From Octopus sinensis (Eukaryota): DNA of 64,000 nt. The stretch is taken from the NCBI RefSeq assembly GCF_006345805.1, contig NC_043018.1:25296001-25360000 (forward strand), written 5' to 3'. Shown piece after piece: positions 53,909 to 64,000 of the stretch (the stretch's first letter is position 1; the number at the start of each line of letters is the position of its first letter). The translations under genes and the position numbers were made by a program. Below the pieces are notes generated by a model. It made no database searches, was not told where the DNA came from, and saw nothing but the letters and a program-made list of their open reading frames with translations.

Positions 53909-54635
53909 CTGTAAAGAGAAAGAGAATACGATAGAAATTAAGAAATGACAAACTATGTATGGAGAAATGTAACAAGGTTTAGGTTTTTAAGGGTTGCAAA
54001 ATTTGAATTTTCAAATTAAAAATGAACAGAAAAGCAAACATGTTTTTAAAAGGGCAAATATTTATCACTAAATAGTTATTGTTTCAACATCATAACTACA
54101 ACACATAAATAAATTTAACAAATATGAAAGAAACTGAGAGAAAGGATAAGACAAAGACAGAATCTTTAGCATGATGGATTCTAGATTCTGTCTGGAAATA
54201 TTTGTCAAGGTGCGGATGTTGATGTCTGCCTGTGGTGAGATAAACACATGGTGAGCTAGCTCTTGCACATGAGTCAGTATCATGTACAACACACACAATC
54301 AAAACTAGAGGTGAGGTCCAAAGACAAGTCTAGAGGTACTTATTTTATCAACCCCGAGAGGATGAAAGGCAGTGGAATTTGAACTCAGAACGCAAGCATT
54401 TTGCCCAGCATGGTACCAATTCTGCCAGCTCACTGCCTTAAACAAAGCCTTAATTATTACTATCTCCAATAAGGAAATCTGGTGCTTTTAGTGATGCACT
54501 TCAACAATGAACCAATGAGACAACAGGCAAAAGTACTGACAAAGCACGTGTTCTTACTTTGGTCCATAGTCTAATATGTTAGCAATCCTGGCTAAAAAGT
54601 TTTATTAATGAGGTTTCAAAGAGATGGCAACTTAC

Positions 54636-54755
54636 CTGTGGATGTTCTAAAATGCGTCGTACACCAGCAACAAGATGATTAAGAAACTGGGCCCTTTCAT
54701 CATTATTAAACAATGAACGCCGAACTGATGCAACTTGTACAAGACAAGAGAGAGC
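54636..54755 (-). CDS. XPO7: XPO7 exon 5 ([40 protein letters not shown]), phase 0/0
   Basis: ttacag|GCT acceptor, CAG|gtaag donor, 120 nt. Confidence 0.96.
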
Positions 54756-55139
54756 CTGTAATAGAATGAGCATATAATAAATGTAGGTGTTTGAATGTGT
54801 GTGCGAGTGCACAAGTATATGTGAATGTATGTATGTATGTTATATACAAATATACAAACAGATAGACAGACAGACAGATAGATAGACAATGAGACGGTCG
54901 CACAGAATAAAGATATAATGTGTATTTGAACATGTGTATGAGTGCACAAATATATGTAACCATATGTATGTAATGTACGTAAAGTATTGAAAGTGGTGTA
55001 AGTATGTTAGAGGGACAGGAACAGGTGTCTTGCTGAAGAGGTGAATATAGAGCTTCTCCAGCTTGAATGAGAGAGCAAGAAAGAGAGAGAGAGAGAACAG
55101 GGACAGAGGACCAGAAAGGGTCATCTTCTTCTTTAATCC

Positions 55140-55500
55140 CTAGCTGGTAACTGGAGGGGAACGCTGTCCTTTCAACCAATACACTGCTGTGGGTGTCACT
55201 GGATGATGGTCTCTGGTGATGATGTTATTCCATGCTTTCCAATTCATGGCACTAGCTTTAGCATGCTTGATGTCGACGCACTGCAGCTTCAGGTCTTGCT
55301 CAATTTGTTTCGACCATGCCTTATTTGATGCACTGCACTGGATTATCCAGTGATTGGGCCACTGCTGCCACAAATTTAGGTGTGGGAGTCTTCCGGTGCT
55401 TATCCTCCAGACATGGCCAAACCACTGTAGCCTGCATGGTCAGGCTTGGTCTTCAACGGTCGACTGTTGCTGGCATTGCCCTCGAATGTGAAAAGGGTCA
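55140..55500 (-). mobile_element. Degenerate RTE-like LINE 3' fragment
   Basis: Minus-strand RLQWFGHVWR ... AWSKQIEQDLK. Confidence 0.6.
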
Positions 55501-55677
55501 GTGGGTAGGCTAAATTTGTGAGAGTGAGAGATGATTAGAGATGGTGTTTGAGGTGGATGCAGTAAATATTGGTGTGGGGTATATGGAGGAAATAGGAGTG
55601 AACCCAGGAGCAGCAGGTGATAAAGTTCTTCAGGTAATAATCAAATATATTTAAACCAGAAAGCTTTTGCAACTCAC

Positions 55678-55751
55678 CATTGAAGATAATGAAGATGGGA
55701 GTCCTGCATACAAATCAAAAAATAACTGTAGCGTACTGAAATCAAGGAAAA
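55678..55751 (-). CDS. XPO7: XPO7 exon 4 (VFLDFSTLQLFFDLYAGLPSSLSSM), phase 1/0
   Basis: ttttctag|TT acceptor, ATG|gtgag donor, 74 nt. Confidence 0.95.
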
Positions 55752-56550
55752 CTAGAAAAAAAAGATTAAATAGGTTTAGTGATGAGAGACAAACCATAAA
55801 CAAAACAAAGAGAAAAAAATTACAATAAATCAATAAAATTAATTCTATGAAACATTTATTAAAGCCAAAATCTTGATTTCATGTAATCAAATCTAGAATT
55901 AAATGGCTTCGGCATCGGTAGACAATGAAAATTGATACAGTTGAAGTAGAGGATTAAACCTAAGAGTAAGAACACAACTGTAATTCTCAGCCAATTTTGG
56001 TCAACATTGCCCTCCAACTTAAAGCTCTTCTAAGTCCCTGTGTTCTACAAAACCTATAATAATCAACATTTTATGTATCCACAGAATATTCAACAGTCTG
56101 CCAGTCTGGTCTACCATTCAAGGAATCAGGTATATAATATTCAGCTCAATCTTACAATGAGTTACCATACTATATTCATCCATTTGTTCAATGGCTGTTT
56201 TTCAATGCAAATATGTGTTGAATTTATTTGAGGCAAATTTTATGGTAAGATGCCAACCCTTATTTGTTTTCATGTAAGGGATGTTTTTTTTCTTATTTTT
56301 CTGGTCTTCAAAAGTGTTTGGTCATAATGTCAAGAAGGAATGTAGACATTATAATACCATTTCACTCAAATAGTGACAAACAAAACCATGAAACATGAAC
56401 TGTGTGGTAAGAAGCTTGCTTCTCAACCACATGGTTCTGGGTTTGGTCCTACTGCATGGCACCTTGGGCAAGTGTCTTCTACTATAGCCTCAGGAGGCCG
56501 ACCAAAGCCTTGAGAGTGGATTTGGTAGGTAGAAACTGAAAGAAGCCCAT

Positions 56551-56587
<37 letters not shown>

Positions 56588-57120
56588 CTGTGTCTCCATT
56601 GACCATCGCTTGACAACCGATGTTGGTGTGTTTACGTCCCCGTAACTTAACAGTTCGGCAAAAGAAGCCGATAGAATAAGCACTGGGCTTACAAGGAATA
56701 AGTCCCAGGATCCATTTTTTAAAACTAAAAACTCTTTAGGTGGTGCTCCAGCATGGCCACAGTCATATGACTGAAACAAGTAAAGAAATAAAAATCACAT
56801 ACAGGTGCCAACATGGTTGTGTGGTCAAGAAACTCATTTTGCAAGCACATGGTTTTAGGTTCAGTCCCATTGCATGGCACTTTGAGCATATAGCCTCAGG
56901 GTGCCACCAAATGGCTTGCGAGTAAATTTACTAGGGAGAAACTGTGTGGAAACAAAGGTCAGGTATTTCAAAACAAATATGGTAACAAAAGAGTTAAGAG
57001 GCCAGAGACCATCAGCATGTGCCATAAGATAGCAAATTTCTGGTAGACCTGGTCCTATGGACACTGAGAGAGAAAGAAACCAAAAATTACGATACTTTCA
57101 TTCTAACAGTCACACATACA

Positions 57121-57500
57121 GGCGTAGGAGTGGCTGTGTGGTAAGTAGCTTGCTTACCAACCACATGGTTCTGGGTTCAGTCCCACTGAGTGGCACCTTG
57201 GGCAAGTGTCTTCTACTATAGCCTCAGGAGGCCGACCAAAGCCTTGTGAGTGGATTTGGTAGACGGAAACTGAAAGAAGCCCGTCGTATATATGTATACG
57301 TTTGTGTGTCTGTATTCATCCCCCCAACATCGCTTGACAACCAATGCTGGTGTGTTTACGTCCCCGTAACTTATCAGTTCGGCAAAAGAGACTGATAGAA
57401 TAAGTACTAGGCTTACGAAGAATAAGTCCTGGGGTCGATTTGCTCGATTAAAAGCGGTGCTCCAGCATGGCTACAGTCAAATGACTGGAACAAAGTAAAA
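57121..57500 (+). mobile_element. Full-length tRNA-derived SINE family A with central CA/TA microsatellite; other copies about 1545-1860, 15340-15690, 36670-37030, 56400-56790 (+) and 28855-29240, 40410-40765, 45985-46360, 50430-50690, 51125-51450 (-)
   Basis: ggctgtgtggtaag...ggttcagtcccactg head and ...ggtgctccagcatggc...aatgactgaaacaagtaaaag tail shared by more than 10 copies. Confidence 0.9.
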
Positions 57501-57556
57501 GAGTATATAAAATACAAGTTTTAAAATAAAGTCAAACCAAGAAAAAAAAAATCTAC

Positions 57557-57683
57557 CTGATCGCCAACTTGTTGGAATTTGGACAGTGCACAGGTCGTCT
57601 GAAGATTCATCTGTGGATGCTCCTATGAAGTCAAATGTTAAGCAGTTGAGTGCTAATCGCAGTGAATGGGACAACAGGCCATG
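57557..57683 (-). CDS. XPO7: XPO7 exon 3 ([42 protein letters not shown]), phase 0/1
   Basis: Polypyrimidine tract plus tttgcag|CAT acceptor, TCAG|gtagat donor, 127 nt. Confidence 0.96.
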
Positions 57684-58614
57684 CTGCAAAGGGGTGGAAA
57701 AGAAGAGAAAGAGAGAGAGAGGCAAACATTAACATCATTAGGCTTTCAGCTGGCATTTCATGGAGACGTAATGAAGAAAGAGGTTTTAATACAGTATGTC
57801 TTGCAGCTTATTTCAGTCAGCGAACTTTTAATTCTTTCATTGGTTCTGGTTTCCAGTCGTTTGGATTATAGCTATGCCAGGGTAGCGTCTCCAAAGAGAT
57901 GGCAGTCATTTGTGTTGCTGCGACGGTTGTTCAATTCTATTAAACTTGGAAGGATGAAAGAGCAAAGTGAAACTGGTCGACGTATTCAGGAAGTGTTATC
58001 AACCAGCCATTAAACTGTGTAACGAAGCACTTTAATTATAATCAGGAATATGTGTGATTACTGTAAGGTAAATCGATAAACTGCTTGATAAAATATGTGT
58101 TAAATGGTTAAATAGAGCAGCCTGTTAATGGATACAACAGATGTAAAATAATCGAAAACAAAAGAGAAGTATGTTAGTCATGTTGACCGTTTCGGTGCCC
58201 CACCATTCAGAGTCCATGAGGTTGCTTTTATATGGATACTCAGCCTGCTAGAAATGACAGTCAATAACTCCCTCAAATCACATCCTAATGTTGTTGTTTT
58301 TTTTATATAAATGTAGTTATAGACACACAAGGATGTCCTGAGGCTAAAAAGAAAAGAAAAAAAACTCAACATATTACCAAACACAATGTCCAATACTTCC
58401 TCTCTCAACACCCCACCTCCCATTGACAAGTCAACTTCTAGGTGTTCTATAAACTTGTTAAAAATAGCAGCAAAATCTCCTTCAAATCATTATTACTCTC
58501 ATCATCATAATTGTTTCACATGTGTTTTCCTTACTGGTATGAGTTTGACAGTTCATGGGAACTAACAAACCAGAGGACACAGTTCTATATTTGAGAGATG
58601 AGGAATTACATACT

Positions 58615-58835
58615 TTGTTTTCATTTGACGGATATTTGTCCTCATCTTGTTTATTGTTAACACAACGTTTCGGCTGATATACCCTCCAGCCTTCATCAGG
58701 TGTCCTGGGGGAATTTCAAACAAGGGTTCTCATTCCTAAGGCATTTTTCCTATGTTATTATATCAGCCGAAACATTGTGTTAACAACAAACAAGATGAGG
58801 ACAAATATCTGTCAAATGTAAAATAATGTAAATAA
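58615..58835. mobile_element. Penelope-like repeat (third copy) with intact minimal hammerhead core on the minus strand
   Basis: Inverted partial duplication; minus strand 58659-58704 reads GACAC CTGATGA A GGCTG-gagggtatat-CAGCC GAAACGTT GTGTT. Confidence 0.62.
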
Positions 58836-60821
58836 AGGCAGAGGACATCATCAAGCTCAAGTGTCTGCTTTGGCATGGTTTCTATGGCTGGATGCCCTTC
58901 ATAATGCCAACCACAATACAGAGTGTACCAAGTGCTTTTCTTTTCTTTTTTCTTTGTAGCAATGGTACTAATGTTAACCAAAGTTACCCACCCACTCTAA
59001 CATAGAGAAATAGACAAAAAAAAATATAAAAGAAATCTTTATTTTTCTTTCATCAACTTCTGCTTCCATTTGAAATTCATTGTTCCAGGCTGGACAGAGG
59101 CTGGATTTTTCAGTAGATGTAAAATATCTTCAAAAACTTCTTTGTATTTCTTAATCAGTTAACCACTGCCCATTGTAATCATCTCCACAATATAACTGTG
59201 AAAGGACAGAGGTTTTTTTTATCAAAATAATATTAAAAAAAAGTAGAGGAAATTCATAGAGTTCAAATATGTCACTGACCTCCACCTTATCTCATTTACA
59301 GAAAAAAAAAAGGGGGAACCAAAAAAACAAATTCAAATTACCATATCCAATGGTATAAAAGATGCATGGGTAAATTAGTCGCATCCCAATTTTATCATCA
59401 TCAGCAACAATAACAACACTGCCACCATCATTTAATGCCCATTTTCCATAATGACATGGGTTGGACGGTTGGACAAGAGCTAGCAAGCCAGATGGCTGTG
59501 CCAAGCTCTATTGTCTATTTTGGCAAGGACAAAAAGAGTTCTTTGTGCATTAATGTTTATGAGAGACTCATCTTTGAACATAAGACCTGGGGTAATTTAT
59601 CCGAGATTTTTGTGGGGGGGTACATCTTATATGCCTTGGAAACAAATAACAGGTGATGAATATTCAGTTTTAACCCTTTAGCATTCAGATCACACTGTCA
59701 AATGTAATCTTTATTTATTTACATTGTTTGGAATCAACATAAAAGGCACCCAGCACACTGTTAAGTAGTTGGCATTGGGAAGGGCATCCAGCTGTAGAAA
59801 CCATGCCACAACAGACAATTGGAGTCTGAACAGCTCCCTGCTAGCAGGCTCCATGTCAAACAGTCCAACCCATGCCAGCACGGAAAGCCGACGTTAAACA
59901 ATGATGGTGATGATGATGCTGATGTCTATGCAAAATACACATTTCCTTTTATGATTAAATACATGATAAAATACACACCGAGACACGTAAAATTTAAAGA
60001 CAGACAACGAAAAATATAATGCACATTTCAACCCAGTATTCAGCTAACTGTCAGTACAAACATGCCTCAACTGAAGTTGTTTCAAGTTAGGTCTTTTTCA
60101 ACTTAGTATCAGTTGTTTTTCTAAGAAATTAATGGGGGAAAAAAAACCCTCAATTCAGTTGCTTTATCTGACTTTACGTCATTCTCAGCAAACATATTTT
60201 AAAAATCACAAAACAAATACTGAGGTGTAAAATATCTACAAGCCATTTACTAAAACAGATATGAGCTAATCATTTAAAAAAAATTTTTTTACATCATCAT
60301 CATCGTTTAACATCCATTTTCCATGCTGGCTTTGTTTAACAGGAGCTGGCCAGGCTCCAATTGTCTGGTTTAGAATGGTTTTTACAGCTGAATGCTCTTT
60401 CCTAACACCAACAAACTTTACATGGTGCTGGGTGCTTCTTATGTGCTATCAGCATGAGTGTGCTTATGTGACACCAGCACAAGTGCATTTTACGAGGCAC
60501 CGTCACGAGTGCATTTCATGCGGCATGGGCACACGTGCATTATATGTGACACTTGCACCTGTAAGACAAAGATATCTCAAATGGGGGAGGGAGTGGAGGC
60601 ATGGCCATACAGGACATTCCTGTAAGGATGGATGGCCATGATTTTACTTAGTTTGACCGGTCTTCTCAAGTACAGCAAATCGACATAAGTTTCGGTCCCC
60701 TCTCCTCTCCTCAGTGAGGCCCAGTATCTGAAGATCTTTCACATCATTTTTCAAGTTAAGTCACACATCTTGAAACCAATTACTGACACAAATTGAGTCG
60801 TGCCTGTATTGTCATTTTTGA

Positions 60822-61342
60822 AATTGGGACACAGAGGGAGTACCATGGCAGCTAATTGGGACACAGCGAGAGTACCATGGTAGCTAATTGGGACACAGCG
60901 AGAGTACCATGGTAGCTAATTGGGACACAGCGAGAGTACCATGGTAGCTAATTGGGACACAGCGAGAGTACCATGGTAGCTATTTGGGACACAGGGGGAG
61001 TACCATGGCAGCTAATTGGGACACAGCAAGAGTACCATGGTAGCTAATTGGGACACAGCGAGAGTACCATGGTAGCTAATTGGGACACAGCGAGAGTACC
61101 ATGGTAGCTATTTGGGACACAGAGGGAGTACCATGGCAGCTAATTGGGACACAGCAAGAGTACCATGGTAGCTAATTGGGACACAGCGAGAGTACCATGG
61201 TAGCTAATTGGGACACAGCGAGAGTACCATGGTAGGTATTTGGGACACAGCGAGAGTACCATGGCAGCTAATTGGGACACAGCGAGAGTACCATGGTAGC
61301 TATTTGGGACACAGCGAGAGTATCATGGCAGCTAATTGGGAC
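60822..61342. repeat. 32-bp minisatellite, about 16 units
   Basis: Unit aattgggacacagcgagagtaccatggtagct, head-to-tail with no spacers. Confidence 0.97.
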
Positions 61343-61492
61343 TTGCGTGCTTAGCAAGAAGATGAACAAAGAGAAATAGAGAGATGGAGACGCTGTTAAT
61401 TACATTAGTAAAAAAAAACAAAAAATTTTAAATAGCAAAACCAATATTTATACATATTTTTTTTCCTCTTTAAATGAAATGACCTTTCTTAC

Positions 61493-61642
61493 CTGACTAT
61501 CATCAGAAAAATCAAGAGTTTTTAAATTTCCTTCGGCTGTTCGTAGTAATGAACATGCTAGCTGGAAAATCTCATAAAGTTGGGTGTCTCGGAAAGATGA
61601 GGCAGTTTTACGATGTTTGGTGATTGATCTGCTGGCTTCCGC
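61493..61642 (-). CDS. XPO7: XPO7 exon 2 (AEASRSITKHRKTASSFRDTQLYEIFQLACSLLRTAEGNLKTLDFSDDSQ), phase 0/0
   Basis: gtgtctag|GCG acceptor, CAG|gtaag donor, 150 nt; TKHRKxASSFRD motif. Confidence 0.95.
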
Positions 61643-62814
61643 CTAGACACAAAGACAGAAGGCATCGATAAGATTTCTGAGATTAAATTAAAAAAGGTGA
61701 GTGGTGGGCACAGATTATTATACTGGACTCCAAAAATGGTACATAAATTATGTACCAGTGTATTTATACAACTGTCTGTCTGAGTGTATGCTTGTGTGTG
61801 TACCACCCTGAGTATGACTTGAAACTGCATCCAGTAATGAAGCCCTGGTTCAGAAGTTACAGTTCCCAGGTCTACTCTGACCCAGAGTAGTAACACCTGT
61901 CAGGGTCCCAGCTATGGGGTTGATTAGCATTATCAGAGTTTGCCTTCCTAAGCATGTGAAGACTGGATCCAGTAGACTCTGCAGAAGAAACAAATAAGAT
62001 AACTCGGTTATCCACTGCATCCCTCTCCATCCTCCAGTCATTTCGACCCTAGTCTTGCTATTGGACTGAAGATGGTCAAAGATGAGAGAAAGAGAGTGAG
62101 GTTTGACAGTGGGTAACTCATCTTCATTTTAAACAAAGCCACCACATGAGTTATCAGTCATCCTTAAGGACGACTAGATAACTCTCATCACTTCAACGGA
62201 CAAACATGTACATGTAACTGATAAACCATTATGTACAGAAATTAAACAAAAACAAAGATGAGTCTTTCACAGGAGAAATAAGTGTTCAATGATCAAGCCA
62301 TGCTAATATCTTGCTTGCCCCTGTCAATGAACATCTTTTGAATTTGTAGACTCCTTCTGTGTCTTCTTTGTAACCCGTTACACTACAGTGACCTCAAGCT
62401 TTTAGGGGATAAAATGATTTTAAAAAATGCTTCCTCAGCACTTTTATATTGCTTGAAACTGTGTCTTTGGATTAACTATAGTTGCATTCTTAATAAGCAT
62501 TTCTACTATAGACACAAGGCTTGAAATTTTGGTGGGGGGGGGGATAGTCAATTACATCGATCCCAGTACTTAACTGGTACTTAATTTATTGACCCTGAAA
62601 GAATGAAAGGCAAAGTTGACCTCGGCGGGATTTGAACTCAGAGCAAACAGACAGGCAAAATGCTTAGCAGCATTTTGCCCAGCATGCTAACAATTCTACT
62701 AGCTTGCTGCTATGTTCTTAATAACATAAGGATTTCCATTAACAGCAGATTGCCAACCTCGGCTACATACCTAAAAATAACATCCATTAATTCTCATCTA
62801 GAATCTTCCATTAA

Positions 62815-63108
62815 CCCCTTACCCGGCAAAGGCGAGTTAACTTGTCTTCACCCAATTTGTCTTTTTCAGAGTGTGTTGAATAAACTTGTGCAAAACACAT
62901 AACTTCAAAAACAGCCACAGACGAGTTTATACCTCAATTCTCAGCATTTCATTTTTGTTTTACAAATTACGCCCAGAAGATGACAATGAGTATGAACCTT
63001 CTATTAGAAGCTTGGATACATCAGGTGAGAGTGCAAGCTCGTTTGATAAAAAAAAAAATTCGTCTGAAAATGAAATGTTTTCACCAGAAAAAGTTTCCGG
63101 GGAAGGAG
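62815..63108. mobile_element. piggyBac-like MITE/deletion derivative with TTAA TSD
   Basis: TTAA|ccccttacccggcaaa ... tttccggggaaggag|TTAA imperfect TIRs; interior encodes an acidic S/D/E-rich stretch. Confidence 0.7.
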
Positions 63109-63464
63109 TTAACAGTCAATGGCCAACCTCAGTTAATAACAGACCCTTTATATTGTTATTCAGCCAGCTAGAAATAGCCTGTACATCTTCCTCAAATTAC
63201 ACACTACTATTCTTACAAAAGGAATGGTTTATTAGACAATGTAACCCCTAATACACAAAAATATGGGATAGTCAAGGCTGGAACATCTTTGATCATGAGG
63301 CTACTTGATGAAGATAGATGTGGAACTAAACAACAACTGACATATTTTTCTCTCTCTCTATACCCAGAAATATCAAGAAGATGGTATGAGTGAAAGATGT
63401 CAATTTTCAGAGCTTACCACTGTCAAATGGTCACCAAAAGAGATTAATGGGACAATTTACTTAC

Positions 63465-63542
63465 CTCACTCAATTGATTCATTTCACAGACTAATTGGGA
63501 CAGCAACTGGACTCCTATCATAACATGTTGTGTGGACATACT
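63465..63542 (-). CDS. XPO7: XPO7 exon 1 in window (SMSTQHVMIGVQLLSQLVCEMNQLSE), phase 0/0
   Basis: tatccttcag|AGT acceptor, GAG|gtaag donor, 78 nt; homologous to the human 'YCIIGVTILSQLTNEINQ' segment. Confidence 0.9.
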
Positions 63543-64000
63543 CTGAAGGATAAAACACATGGAATTTGCATTAATTATTATCACTTAGGCCACACGTCTT
63601 TGAACTTCTGGACATACTCTGAAGGATAAGACACTTTTCAGCAACCCTTCATATATAAAGACTTACAGCACCCACTTTCTGGACACTATATTTAAGCCCT
63701 TATTTTTTCTGCAAAAACCTATTCTGACACTAAATGAGTCAACTTCTGGTACGAATGTTTACATTTTGTATATCTTTTTGCATCAAAAAAAATTTCTAAA
63801 AAAATTCTAGAAACGATCTACTCATGTAATTTATACATCCCTAGAGTTTATTTTTATTTTTGCAAAAGAAAATGCGTAAATTATATGGGTTTTTACATTA
63901 AGTGTTTCATCAACATAAAACCTAAAGTGACATAAATTCTATTAAAGAAGTCATAAACTACTTTCCTGGTATTGAGTACTTTTTTGTTCCAAAGTCTTAC

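Larger units (their letters stand above)
16287..63542 (-). other. XPO7: Exportin-7 (XPO7/RanBP16-RANBP17 family) gene body; 24 internal coding exons, 5' exons off-window, terminal exon not located
   Basis: Hand-assembled exon chain of 2768 nt, frame continuous with phase-compatible junctions. Translation matches recalled XPO7 motifs, e.g. [72 protein letters not shown]. Confidence 0.97.

Noticed and set aside
60822-61342. CRISPR-like array (32-bp repeat with palindrome)
   Set aside because: Units are head-to-tail without unique spacers, there are no cas genes, and the context is a eukaryotic intron.
63488-63505. Exon-1 sequence resembling the minisatellite unit (ctaattgggac)
   Set aside because: Only about 11-13 matching bases; compatible with chance.

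Overview
AT-rich, microsatellite- and SINE-dense animal genomic DNA. The repeat families look cephalopod (octopus-like), which is an inference from recalled repeat sequences and not a database result. One gene spans most of the window: exportin-7 (XPO7/RanBP16, the single-copy invertebrate XPO7/RANBP17 type) on the minus strand. I traced 24 internal coding exons by hand from 63542 down to 16287. They total 2768 nt (922 codons + 2 nt), stay in one open frame across every junction, and align with recalled human XPO7 from about 'VEYCIIGV' to 'LLTKNRDR'. The 5' exons lie beyond the right edge, and the short terminal exon was not identified. Two introns are minor-spliceosome (U12) type: an AT-AC intron (23333-24902) and a GT-AG intron (31059-34116), each with the RTATCCTTT donor and a TCCTTAAY branch point. 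The introns and the downstream (left-hand) region carry at least four SINE-like families, LINE relics (RTE, CR1/L2, HERO-like), a Tc1/mariner relic with a nested Helitron, and hAT and piggyBac MITEs. They also carry Penelope-like repeats with minimal hammerhead-ribozyme cores, three long foldback hairpins inserted in (TA)n tracts, several minisatellites, and degenerate duplicates of two XPO7 splice acceptors. Nearly all other ORFs in the supplied track are microsatellite or repeat artefacts. No prokaryotic-type system such as CRISPR is present.
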